Of a stretch of DNA of 43,716 nucleotides, positions 29,890 through 38,644 are shown in pieces. Source of the stretch: an uncultured Clostridia bacterium (lineage in GTDB: Bacteria > Bacillota > Clostridia > Christensenellales > UBA3700); the NCBI GenBank assembly GCA_944383935.1, contig CALWRK010000003.1, forward strand, positions 1 through 43,716. The letters are read 5' to 3'. Numbering within the stretch: the first letter of the stretch is position 1; each line of letters opens with the position of its first letter. The translations under genes were made by a program, and so were the position numbers. Below the pieces are notes generated by a model. It was not told the DNA's origin and did no database searches. It saw only the letters and a list, made by a program, of their open reading frames with translations.

Positions 29890-31602
29890 ATGGGAACGGA
29901 CGAACAGCAACAGGCTGCAAAGCCCTCTTTGGGCGAAAAGATCAAAAAACTTCCCCCTCTCATTAAGAGGTTTTGGAAAGAACCGCTTAAACCGGACAGA
30001 TACCTCAACTTAAAGGAAGTGCTCTCTCTGGGCGGCAGCGCGATGGGCGTGAGCACGATAGTGTGCATAGTGTCTTCGCTGCTCACCGCGTCGCAGATTT
30101 CCGAAGTTTACGGCATAGACGTTATTCACGGTCCGTATATCTGTCTTGCGGCGTCCTTGCTGGGACTTATCATTCAGCCCTTTTTCAGCAAACTTTTGCA
30201 GAATACGCACACCAAGTTCGGCAGATACAAACCATACATATTCCTCATGGCTCCCATATTCGCCGGCCTTGCAATCGCCGCCACATGGCAGCCGCAGGAG
30301 CTGGACGATTCCGCCAGAGTTATATACGCATATTGCATATGCATTCCCACCCTTGTCATGTGGAACCTGTTCAACAACACTTTCCAGATGATGCCGGGCG
30401 TGGTCACCCCCAACCAGCAAGAGCGCACGGACGCCTGGGCGCCCATAGGTCTTTTGGTAGGTTTTGCCCCCACCATCATGAACGTTATCATCGGACCTAT
30501 CCGCTCCCACTTCCTCTCCATAGGTCAGGAATATATGGCGTACCGCTATATGGGTCTTATCTGCTCGGTCGTGGGCTTGCTTTTGGTGATGCTGCTCGTA
30601 AAGGTGAAAGAAAGGGTTATCATAACCAACTCCAACAACGAAAACGTGGGCGTATTGGAGGGTTTGAAGATGGTGCTCAAAAACAAGCCTCTGCTCATCT
30701 TCACCTTGGCGCTTATCTTGGGCTGTATGCGTTCCACCATCGAAATAGACGCCCAGATAATGGGCAAGCTGCGTTATGCTACGGACATAGAAACGGGTCT
30801 TACCGTATTTTCTTCCCTCACGCTTATAACGGGCTTTGCCGTCACTCCAAACATGATACTCCTGCCCCTTTTGACGAGAAAGTTCAACAACCGCACGATA
30901 GTCATGTTCTGGACTTTCCTCAACTTCCTGGGCTACATAATCCTGGCGATAGTGGGAGTGCAGAATATCCCGCAGGGCACGGTTTCAGCCGTGGTGCTCA
31001 CGCTGCTTAGGTATATCGCCCTATTTAACGGCATAACCTCACTGCAACCTCTCATGCTATCTGAAATCTCCGACTATCAGCAGGTGATGACGGGCAAGAG
31101 GCTGGAAGGCTTCGTGCAGATGTTCGCCTATACCCTGGTGCTCGTGTTCACCAATATCGGCTACGTCGTAATGGCATATGTAAAGCAGGCTATGGGATAT
31201 CAGCCCGCCAACTACTTCAATGTGTCCACGGTATCCGACGAACTGATGAGCACGGCTATAAACTACTACAACGTGGCATTCTATGTGTCCGCCATATCTG
31301 CGGCGCTCATGTGTCTGACCATGCTGTTTTATAGGTTGGACAAGAAAAAGCACGCGGAGATAGTGGAAGAGTTGCGCAAGCGCAGCCTTGCGGAAGGGCA
31401 TAGCGAATTGTCGGAGGAAGCGTTAAGCGCGGAAATACCCGCATCTCCGGACATAGACGCTCAAAACTTCGCTCAACAAACGGAGGAGCGCGTAATCCTT
31501 GCCAAAGCGGAAGAAGCCGCTTCGTCCGAAGAAACCCTTCCCTTATCGGAAGGCGCTCCGCCCGAAGAAGAGGGCAAGCCCAAGGACGGCGAAGAAGAAT
31601 AA
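29890..31602 (+). CDS. MFS transporter, divergent GPH (glycoside-pentoside-hexuronide) family member with a long acidic C-terminal tail
   Basis: It has a 12-TM-like profile. The GPH helix-2 signature is degenerate (LIIQPFFSKLLQNTHTKFGRYKPYI). The RBS AAGGAG precedes ATG 29890, and the promoter -10 lies inside the longer ORF from 29848. Confidence 0.75.
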   Translation: MGTDEQQQAAKPSLGEKIKKLPPLIKRFWKEPLKPDRYLNLKEVLSLGGSAMGVSTIVCIVSSLLTASQISEVYGIDVIHGPYICLAASLLGLIIQPFFSKLLQNTHTKFGRYKPYIFLMAPIFAGLAIAATWQPQELDDSARVIYAYCICIPTLVMWNLFNNTFQMMPGVVTPNQQERTDAWAPIGLLVGFAPTIMNVIIGPIRSHFLSIGQEYMAYRYMGLICSVVGLLLVMLLVKVKERVIITNSNNENVGVLEGLKMVLKNKPLLIFTLALILGCMRSTIEIDAQIMGKLRYATDIETGLTVFSSLTLITGFAVTPNMILLPLLTRKFNNRTIVMFWTFLNFLGYIILAIVGVQNIPQGTVSAVVLTLLRYIALFNGITSLQPLMLSEISDYQQVMTGKRLEGFVQMFAYTLVLVFTNIGYVVMAYVKQAMGYQPANYFNVSTVSDELMSTAINYYNVAFYVSAISAALMCLTMLFYRLDKKKHAEIVEELRKRSLAEGHSELSEEALSAEIPASPDIDAQNFAQQTEERVILAKAEEAASSEETLPLSEGAPPEEEGKPKDGEEE

Positions 31603-31612
31603 CAACGATTAC

Positions 31613-31648
31613 AAAAAAAGCAAGCGGCGTCTCGTCGCTTGCTTTTTT
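31613..31648 (+). terminator. Rho-independent terminator
   Basis: AAAAAAAGCAAGCGGCG-TCTC-GTCGCTTGCTTTTTT lies 10 nt after the stop. Confidence 0.75.
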
Positions 31649-31805
31649 ATTTCCGTCTTTACAAAAAACTTACGAAAAAATGTATTTCCATGATAGCGCG
31701 AAAATTTCGGTAATATTACAATTTTTACGAAAGGAAACGTGAGCGCGGATGTGAGAAGGGGACCTCATATGAAGGGGTGCGCAAGAACAGGGGAAATACG
31801 GTTGT

Positions 31806-33368
31806 ATGGACGAAAGTAAGAAATACATAGGTAAGAAAGAAAAGTTTTCGTACGGTTTGGCGGCAGTGGGTAGTTATATGATTGCCAACGTCATCGCCAG
31901 CTATTTACAGATATTTTTCACGGATGTACTTATAATATCACCCGTATTCATCTTGGTCTTGATGATATTCGCCCGCTTTTGGGACATGGCGAACGACCCG
32001 ATAATGGGGATAATCATAGATAAGACGAACACGCCGCGCGGCAAGATGCGCCCTTACATAAAGGTGGGAGCATTCCTGATATTCGCCGTGGCGCTGCTTA
32101 TCTTTTTGCCCATATCGTCCGCGCCCGCATGGCTGAAAATGGTGTTTGCGGCGGTTATGTATTTGGCGTTCGACACGGCATATACGGTGGTGGACGTGCC
32201 TGCGATGGGACTTATGAGCGTGGCTACGCCCAATCCCAAGGAGCGCGCGTCGCTGCTTTCCTTCTACGTCACGATAGGCAGTATAGGCACAGTGCTCCCC
32301 ATAGGGCTTATGGCGGTTTTGGGCACTTTCGTACCCGAAAGGTGGGTGTATTTCGCGATATCCTCCATCACGGGATTGGTGATATTCTTGGGATACAGCC
32401 TCTTGTATCGCAACTCCAAAGAGCGTTTTGCCATGCACTCGGAAAAGGTGAAGGCGAAGGAGATGTTCAAGACGGCGGTGAAGAATAAGCCCATGCTGCT
32501 AACTCTGCTCACCTCCATGATAGCCGCGCCCCGTTACCTCATCATGCTGGCGGCGGCATATATAGCCACATACGTCATCTCCATTCCCGGCATAAGCTCG
32601 GACACTCTGCTGCTTCTGCTTTATGTAGTTGTGGGCGGCGGTATGTTCGCGGGCATACTGCTCACGCCGGTGATATATAAGAGGATAGGATATAAGCGCA
32701 CTTCCATCATCTTCGGAATCGTGGGAGGCGTGTTCCTCACCGCGACTTTTCTGGTGGGATATACCAACTACTATGTGGCGCTGCCGCTCATGTGTATAGG
32801 CGGCTTGGCGCTGGGAGCATACAATGTGCTGCCTTACCCCATGGTGGGCGACAGTTTGGACTATTTGGAATGGAAGACGGGTCAGCGTATGGAGGGAGTG
32901 TGTTTTTCTCTCAACTCCTTCGTGACCAAGTTCAATAACGCCATAGGCGCGATAATGCTGTCTGTGGGCATCATAGTCTTTCAGTTCCGCCAGCCCGTGG
33001 AATCGGGCGTACCTCTGCCGCAGTCGGAGTTCACGCTCACAGGTCTGTTCGCAATGGTCACGCTTATTCCAGCGATATTCTTCTTCCTCTCCATAATCCC
33101 CATGGCGCTCAATACCTTTACGGGTAAGAACAGGGCGCGCATACTGGAAGAACTCTCCGCACGCCGCAGACAGCAGGCGGCAATACTTGCGGATGAGAGC
33201 GCGCAGGAGAGGGAAGCTGCCTCTATCTCCCCCGCCTCGGAGGGTATCATCGCCTCCGTGCAAGGTGAGAACGAATACATACAGCCCGCCTCGGACGAGC
33301 ATAAAGCAAATTCCGATCCGTCCTATGCCCCCTCTAATCCGGGGTACGACATGACGGGACATCACTAA
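31806..33368 (+). CDS. GPH-family sugar:cation symporter (MelB/XylP-like) with a long C-terminal tail
   Basis: FSYGLAAVGSYM and the canonical ARFWDMANDPIMGIIIDKTNTPRGKMRPY motif are present, with a 12-TM profile. Confidence 0.88.
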   Translation: MDESKKYIGKKEKFSYGLAAVGSYMIANVIASYLQIFFTDVLIISPVFILVLMIFARFWDMANDPIMGIIIDKTNTPRGKMRPYIKVGAFLIFAVALLIFLPISSAPAWLKMVFAAVMYLAFDTAYTVVDVPAMGLMSVATPNPKERASLLSFYVTIGSIGTVLPIGLMAVLGTFVPERWVYFAISSITGLVIFLGYSLLYRNSKERFAMHSEKVKAKEMFKTAVKNKPMLLTLLTSMIAAPRYLIMLAAAYIATYVISIPGISSDTLLLLLYVVVGGGMFAGILLTPVIYKRIGYKRTSIIFGIVGGVFLTATFLVGYTNYYVALPLMCIGGLALGAYNVLPYPMVGDSLDYLEWKTGQRMEGVCFSLNSFVTKFNNAIGAIMLSVGIIVFQFRQPVESGVPLPQSEFTLTGLFAMVTLIPAIFFFLSIIPMALNTFTGKNRARILEELSARRRQQAAILADESAQEREAASISPASEGIIASVQGENEYIQPASDEHKANSDPSYAPSNPGYDMTGHH

Positions 33369-33421
33369 GCCTTTTCTCTCTATATGCGGCAAAACCGCAA
33401 ATAGAATATTTCCCCGTAAAA

Positions 33422-33456
33422 AGGCAGCCGCCGCGTATAGCGACGGTTGTCTTTTT
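33422..33456 (+). terminator. probable Rho-independent terminator
   Basis: GGCAGCCGCCG (33423-33433) pairs with CGACGGTTGTC (33441-33451), with two G-U pairs and one mismatch, followed by TTTTT. Confidence 0.5.
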
Positions 33457-33461
33457 GGATG

Positions 33462-33493
33462 CACCCGCCCCGAGCTTCGGCGGAACGCTTTTG
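33462..33493. repeat. inverted copy of the 32-nt terminal module of the intergenic repeat
   Basis: CACCCGCCCCGAGCTTCGGCGGAACGCTTTTG matches the reverse complement of 33593-33624 at 29 of 32 positions. Confidence 0.8.
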
Positions 33494-33500
33494 ACGCGAT

Positions 33501-33629
33501 CTTTCCGGCAGCTTTCCGCAACACCTCGCATCGTGGTAGCGCTGCTACTACTTCGCGACGTTTTGCAAAAATCTGCGCGAAAATCTCTGCGCCAAAAGCG
33601 CTCCGCCGAAGTTCGGTGCGGGTGAGAGG
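33501..33629. repeat. ~128-bp intergenic direct repeat, copy 1
   Basis: CTTTCCGGCAGCTTTCCGCAACACCTCGCATCGTGG...GCAAAAATCTGCGCGAAAATCTCTGCGCCAAAAGCGCTCCGCCGAAGTTCGGTGCGGGTGAGAGG is near-identical to 33737-33864, apart from a short indel patch and one substitution. Confidence 0.9.
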
Positions 33630-33736
33630 AGACATAGGGAGAGCATTGCAGGGCGAAAGTCGTTGCGTTAAAAGCGCACTTTCAGCCAAACGGCGCGGGT
33701 ATATGTATGTGTGGGGCAATCAATAGTTCGGGAAGT

Positions 33737-33864
33737 CTTTCCGGCAGCTTTCCGCAACACCTCGCATCGTGGCATTTTGCTACTACTTCGCGACGTCTTG
33801 CAAAAATCTGCGCGAAAATCTCTGCGCCAAAAGCGCTCCGCCGAAGTTCGGTGCGGGTGAGAGG
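33737..33864. repeat. ~128-bp intergenic direct repeat, copy 2
   Basis: Same unit as 33501-33629, 236 bp downstream in the same orientation. Confidence 0.9.
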
Positions 33865-33933
33865 GGATTGGAATGTAAGATGTCGGGAGAAAGGAGTTGC
33901 GCCAAAGGTGTTTGTTGTGTACTTGATTATCGC

Positions 33934-33962
33934 TTGCAGTCGCCGTGCGTTTATGGTATTAT
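33934..33962 (+). promoter_or_regulatory. candidate acp promoter (extended -10)
   Basis: TTGCAG (33934-33939), 17 nt ending in TGg, TATTAT (33957-33962). It lies 29 nt upstream of ATG 33992. Confidence 0.4.
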
Positions 33963-33991
33963 ATACTTATCAAAGAAAAAGGGAGACGGAT

Positions 33992-34231
33992 ATGAAAAAA
34001 GAAGACATATTGGAAAAGCTGAAGGGCATAATACAAGAGATAATGAAGATAGACGTGTCCGGGATAACGGACTCCACCCGCTTGAAAGAGGATTTGAAAG
34101 CGGACTCCTTGGACAAGATAAATATGCTCATGGCGCTGGAAGAAGCGTATGACATAGAGATGGACGAGGACGAGGCGCTCGCCTTTAAGACGGTGGGAGA
34201 TGTGGTAGATTATCTGACAAGAGAACTTTGA
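33992..34231 (+). CDS. acyl carrier protein (stand-alone)
   Basis: It is 79 aa with the phosphopantetheine-site motif LKADSLDKINMLMALEEAYDIEMDEDEA (AcpP-like DSL). The RBS AAGGGAG is present. The upstream part of the ORF (33707-33991) runs through repeat copy 2 and was not used. Confidence 0.88.
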   Translation: MKKEDILEKLKGIIQEIMKIDVSGITDSTRLKEDLKADSLDKINMLMALEEAYDIEMDEDEALAFKTVGDVVDYLTREL

Positions 34232-34233
34232 GC

Positions 34234-34261
34234 ACGTCCGCCGAAAGGCGGGCGTTTTTTT
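34234..34261 (+). terminator. Rho-independent terminator
   Basis: ACGTCCGCC-GAAA-GGCGGGCGT followed by TTTTTTT, immediately after the acp stop. Confidence 0.8.
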
Positions 34262-34270
34262 GCGGGCGTA

Positions 34271-34299
34271 TTGACATTTTCAAGATAGGATACTATAAT
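34271..34299 (+). promoter_or_regulatory. sigma-A type promoter, exact consensus (WG-repeat lipoprotein operon)
   Basis: TTGACA (34271-34276), 17 nt, TATAAT (34294-34299). A ~95-nt GC-rich leader precedes ATG 34397. Confidence 0.65.
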
Positions 34300-34396
34300 A
34301 TAGTATATAAAAAAAGGCGCAAGCCTTGTTGTTCGGCGCACGCGCGCGGCGCAGTCGGGCGAAGTCTGCCGCGGCACAGCGGTTTTCGGAGGCTGT

Positions 34397-35812
34397 ATGA
34401 AGAAAAAGGTTTTTATAGTGGTCGCAATAGCGGCGATATTGGCGGCGGGAGTTACGGTGTTTGCCGCCTGTGATTCACCCAAAACGCAATTCAGGGCGGG
34501 CTATGCGTCCGTGCAAAACGGCGACGGACTGTTCGGTTATGTGGACGCGAGCGGGAATCAGGTGTTGCCTTTTGCCTATACGGACGCGTATCCATTTGTC
34601 GACGGCGTGGGCATGGTGAACTACACGAACGAAGGAGATTATTATATCATAGACGGGGACGGCAAGCATTTGGCAGGTCCCTATTCGTCTGTCGATCCCT
34701 ATACGCTTGCATACGGCAATATAATAGTCGAAGACGCCGCTACGGGACTTTTCGGCATATACGATGCGTCCGAGCGCGCCCTGTCTTACGGGTGTGTATA
34801 CGGCAGCATAATAGGCATATACGGGGAAAACAGCGATATCGTCGCTTTGAGTTACGCATCTGCGCCCATCGGCGGAGGGCAAAATTCTAAAGAGTATATC
34901 AAAGCCGTGGAGCTGTCTACGGGTAAGGAAACTTTCCCCGCCACAATCACGGACGAGTTGGAGATGCTCGCCGGCAAGTGGGTAATAGGGAGAGAAAACG
35001 GCAAATTCGCCGTGTACGACATCACTACGGGGGAGCGGTATTCGGACGGATTATGGGACAGATGCGAGGAATTCTACGCCACGGGAAGCAGCGAGTGCAA
35101 CGCCTGCCTGCTGTATAGGACGGAAGAAGACGGCAGCGAGAGTGAATGGATAGTGCAGGCATATGAGATAGTGCGCGTGCCTGACGGCGCGGAACTTGTA
35201 AGGACGTGGAATATGTCCGTATCCACCCTGCCGCTCGTATATAACCAAGCGGATGGGCAATACACCCTTTACAGCCATAGCGGAGAAGTGCTATATACGG
35301 GCAGTGAGCAGCCGCAATATGTGCCCGCAAGGGAAGGCGGCGGCGATTTTTACTGTTTGAGTACGTTTGAAAACGGTATTCTAAGCGCCCGTATATTCAG
35401 CTACGACAGGGAATACAACGTGACTCGCGCTCTGCCCGCCGGTACGACGGGAGCGCAGATATACAACATAAAAATCGGCGATATCGTCACGGTGGAGATA
35501 AGTTTCACCTTGAACGCCGTGAGGAATTTTTGCAGCTGCTACATGGCGGCGGACGGGCAGATGAAGGAGTTGCCCTTTAATTTGACCATAACGGACGCGG
35601 GGAATAACCTGCTGAAAGTGCGTAACAATGTGAGCGGAAGGACGGGCGTATACGACTTGGACGCCAAAGAGGTCATACCCTGCATATATGCCGACCTGTG
35701 GATATACTCCGACGGCAACATCCTATGCAAGCTGGGGGACGCATACGGCGTGCTCACATCGGACGGAACACAGGTGCTGCCTTTCATATATAAGGATATA
35801 TATCTGCAATGA
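34397..35812 (+). CDS. WG-repeat lipoprotein, paralog 1
   Basis: The lipobox is VFAAC. WG-type repeats are GLFGYVDASGNQVLPFAYTDAYPFVDGVGMV, GLFGIYDA, GKFAVYD, GRTGVYDLDAKEVIPCIYADL and YGVLTSDGTQVLPFIYKDI. Confidence 0.8.
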   Translation: MKKKVFIVVAIAAILAAGVTVFAACDSPKTQFRAGYASVQNGDGLFGYVDASGNQVLPFAYTDAYPFVDGVGMVNYTNEGDYYIIDGDGKHLAGPYSSVDPYTLAYGNIIVEDAATGLFGIYDASERALSYGCVYGSIIGIYGENSDIVALSYASAPIGGGQNSKEYIKAVELSTGKETFPATITDELEMLAGKWVIGRENGKFAVYDITTGERYSDGLWDRCEEFYATGSSECNACLLYRTEEDGSESEWIVQAYEIVRVPDGAELVRTWNMSVSTLPLVYNQADGQYTLYSHSGEVLYTGSEQPQYVPAREGGGDFYCLSTFENGILSARIFSYDREYNVTRALPAGTTGAQIYNIKIGDIVTVEISFTLNAVRNFCSCYMAADGQMKELPFNLTITDAGNNLLKVRNNVSGRTGVYDLDAKEVIPCIYADLWIYSDGNILCKLGDAYGVLTSDGTQVLPFIYKDIYLQ

Positions 35813-35823
35813 GTGGAGGGAGT

Positions 35824-37146
35824 ATGGGTAAGAAGAAAGTTTTGCTTTTTACGGCGATTGCGGCGATTGTGCTTATGACGTGCGTGTTTGCCGCGTGCGC
35901 TCCCGAATCGTATGTCATTTTCTCCCGAGGCGGACAGGAGTATTATAAGGAGTACGCCGGATACTTTACCAAGATAGCGCCGGAGGGCGCGGCGGTATTT
36001 TCCCGAAACGGGCTATACGGGCTGGTGAATACGGACGGGAAAGTCGTGCGTGACGCGATGTATGCGCAGATAGACATAATAAAAGGCGGGTATTTGCTGC
36101 GTCACGGAGCGGGCAGCTACACCGTGACGGATGAAGATTTCAATGTGACGGTTGACGGACTTATCGACGCGCGTTCGTATGCCGACTGCGTTGTGGGCAG
36201 AAAGGACGGCAAATACGGAGTGTGGACGGCAGAGGGAAGCGTGCTCCCAGCACAGTACGACAAGATAGTGTGGACGCCCGGCTGTCTTATCGTGAATATG
36301 GGCGAAAAGTGGGGCATGACGGACAAGAGCGGCAAGCAAACGGTGCCCATGCAGTATGTAAGCGGAAGTTTTGCGGGCGCAAACCTTGCTAGTTCGGGCG
36401 ATTTGGTCAAGTTCGGACGCGAGGACGGCGGATGGGATATATATGAATGTTACGGCAGCCTTCTCTCCACCGATTACTACGCTATGGAGTACTACGCTTT
36501 CGCCGGATTCGGTATGTATATACACGCTTACTCCGTCGACGGGCAGAGTGTCAAGATGCGCGTGTTGGACGAAGAGTTCAACGAAATAGCCGTCTTACCC
36601 GACGATGTATTGGGCATATATGGCTGCTTGGACGGGGAGAGATTGTGCGTGATGACCTCTTCGGGCGAATATATCTATAATTTCACGAGCGGCAAACTCA
36701 CCGCCACGGACGTATTCAATGCGGATGGGGCGTACGCTTACAGGGAAGGAGAGGTATACAACTTCTACGGCAACGGACAGGTTGTGCTCTCCGTGCCCGC
36801 ATACGAGTCGGACAATTTGCAGTATGTGCCCGGCTCTTTGCGCGGCTATATCTTTAATACCGCCACAAATACTTTAACCGACCTGTTGACGGGAGAGGAC
36901 GTGACCTTGGGCAGGGAAGTTGTGAGCGTGACAGAGGCGGAGGAGGGAGTGTTCGCCGTGATGAACGCGGAAGGAAAGTATGCCGCCTGCGCCAAAAACG
37001 GCGATATGCTCAGCGAATTTTGTTACGACAGCCTACAAGTGGCGGCGGACGGCTTTACGGGTGTGCGCACGGCAGGCGGCTACGAATGGTGCGGCATGGA
37101 CGGGAATGTTATATTGCGTTCTGCCGATATTCGCGTGGTGAAATAG
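35824..37146 (+). CDS. WG-repeat lipoprotein, paralog 2
   Basis: GGAGGGA lies before ATG 35824. The lipobox is VFAAC. Repeats are GLYGLVNTDGKVVRDAMYAQID, GKYGVWTAEGSVLPAQYDKI and EKWGMTDKSGKQTVPMQY. Confidence 0.8.
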   Translation: MGKKKVLLFTAIAAIVLMTCVFAACAPESYVIFSRGGQEYYKEYAGYFTKIAPEGAAVFSRNGLYGLVNTDGKVVRDAMYAQIDIIKGGYLLRHGAGSYTVTDEDFNVTVDGLIDARSYADCVVGRKDGKYGVWTAEGSVLPAQYDKIVWTPGCLIVNMGEKWGMTDKSGKQTVPMQYVSGSFAGANLASSGDLVKFGREDGGWDIYECYGSLLSTDYYAMEYYAFAGFGMYIHAYSVDGQSVKMRVLDEEFNEIAVLPDDVLGIYGCLDGERLCVMTSSGEYIYNFTSGKLTATDVFNADGAYAYREGEVYNFYGNGQVVLSVPAYESDNLQYVPGSLRGYIFNTATNTLTDLLTGEDVTLGREVVSVTEAEEGVFAVMNAEGKYAACAKNGDMLSEFCYDSLQVAADGFTGVRTAGGYEWCGMDGNVILRSADIRVVK

Positions 37147-37166
37147 GGAAATAAAAGGAGACGGAT

Positions 37167-38603
37167 ATGAACAAGAAGAAGGTAGCCTTGATTGCGGCAA
37201 TATTGTGTGTGTCGGCGATAGTCGGCGCCGCGGCGGCGTGCACGCGGGAGCCTTTGAATAACGGCACTTATGTAAACGGCGTGGCGGCGGTGCAAAAGGA
37301 CGGACTTTGGGGTTTTGCCGACGAAAATGGGGACATAGTCATAGATTGCATATACGACGAGGCCTCCGCTTACTTCGGGAATTTCGCCTTGGTAAGGCAG
37401 GGCAGCAGATACTTCCTCATAGACAGGCAGGGTAACAATACGGGCATATACACAAGGCGTATGACCAATTCGGATATAGGCACGGCGGATTTGTCCCTTA
37501 TGGGCACAAACGACATGAAGCTCATTAAAATATGCGACGAGAGCAGCGGATTATACGGCATGATAGACGCTGCCACGGGCGAGTGGAATATATCACCCGT
37601 ATACGATCGAATAGACGTATTCACGCAAGAACTCTTCTATGGTTTTATGGGCGACAGGGCGGATATATTCTACTCCGACGGCACGCTTGCACTCTCCCCC
37701 GAAACGGAGGTTTGGGCGGGAGATAACGCCGTGATCGTATGGAAGAATTTCGCGCAAGACGGCGCGTTCGTCGCGGATGTATACGACGCGCATACCTTTG
37801 AAAAGTTAAAAGAGGACATCACCGTGACCGCCTGCGAATATCTGGCGCGCGAGGAGGAGATCGGCTTGGTGCTGGAAGATTCGGACGGTTACCTCTATAC
37901 CACGGGGTTGAATTCGGGCACCGCGCTTTACTATGAGTATGTGAACGCAGACGGCAAGCATATGCAAGTCGTTCCCGGCGCGGGTGAATACGACCTCTCC
38001 GCAGAGAGGGCGATATACGCGGACGGGGATATATGCATCACCGCGGAAAAGAGCGACGCAGGGATCGTATATAACATATACGACAAGCAGGGAAGCGCAC
38101 TCTTTGAAGGGGGATTGGCGCAGCCGCTAGTATACTTCGGAGGGCTGGTAATGCCCGTGTCGGGCGCAGACGGCGCGACGGAATATCTGATAATGCACAC
38201 CGCCACGGGCAACTATATGACCGTTGCTGCTCCGTATGAACAGGCGGTCTATGCAGCCTATAATGAATGGTACTATATCATAGACGGCAAGGTGCTCAAC
38301 GCCAAGGGCGAGGATATGGGATACGGCTTTACAGGTACCATGCAGGCGGAGATATACGCGATAGACGGCAATCTGCTCGTATCCGACAGCGCCGCCGGCG
38401 GCGTGTTGCAACTCATCGACAAAGAGGGCAACGCCGTGCATACTTTCGGCATAGGCGAGGTGTTCGTCGATTGCGGCAACGACCTCAAATGGATGACCAC
38501 AAGGAACTCCGACGGATATATCACGCTGTATGACGGCAGCGGAAATGTGATATTCGGAGCGGATAAGAAGATAGAGAATTTGGCGTTCCCCACCTATCTG
38601 TGA
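37167..38603 (+). CDS. WG-repeat lipoprotein, paralog 3
   Basis: The lipobox is AAAAC. Repeats are GLWGFADENGDIVIDCIYDEASAYFGNFALV, GLYGMIDAATGEWNISPVYDRI and a C-terminal GYITLYDGSGNVIF. Confidence 0.8.
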   Translation: MNKKKVALIAAILCVSAIVGAAAACTREPLNNGTYVNGVAAVQKDGLWGFADENGDIVIDCIYDEASAYFGNFALVRQGSRYFLIDRQGNNTGIYTRRMTNSDIGTADLSLMGTNDMKLIKICDESSGLYGMIDAATGEWNISPVYDRIDVFTQELFYGFMGDRADIFYSDGTLALSPETEVWAGDNAVIVWKNFAQDGAFVADVYDAHTFEKLKEDITVTACEYLAREEEIGLVLEDSDGYLYTTGLNSGTALYYEYVNADGKHMQVVPGAGEYDLSAERAIYADGDICITAEKSDAGIVYNIYDKQGSALFEGGLAQPLVYFGGLVMPVSGADGATEYLIMHTATGNYMTVAAPYEQAVYAAYNEWYYIIDGKVLNAKGEDMGYGFTGTMQAEIYAIDGNLLVSDSAAGGVLQLIDKEGNAVHTFGIGEVFVDCGNDLKWMTTRNSDGYITLYDGSGNVIFGADKKIENLAFPTYL

Positions 38604-38644
38604 GGAATGGGCGATAAGACGAAGTAAATGTTACGGAGGCGGTT

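Noticed and set aside
32499-33719. 406-aa minus-strand ORF spanning the second GPH gene and the repeat island
   Set aside because: It is antisense to a gene with the canonical GPH signature. Its 5' part merely reads through the non-coding repeats.
33707-33991. N-terminal extension of the ACP ORF (174-aa version), and ORF 33769-34152
   Set aside because: The extension reads through repeat copy 2 and the candidate promoter. The ACP domain starts at ATG 33992, which has a good RBS.
34300-34396. Attenuator in the GC-rich leader of the lipoprotein operon
   Set aside because: Only imperfect GC-rich pairings (CGCGGCGCAGTC...GTCTGCCGCG) followed by a 4-T run are present. That is too weak to call without folding or covariation analysis.
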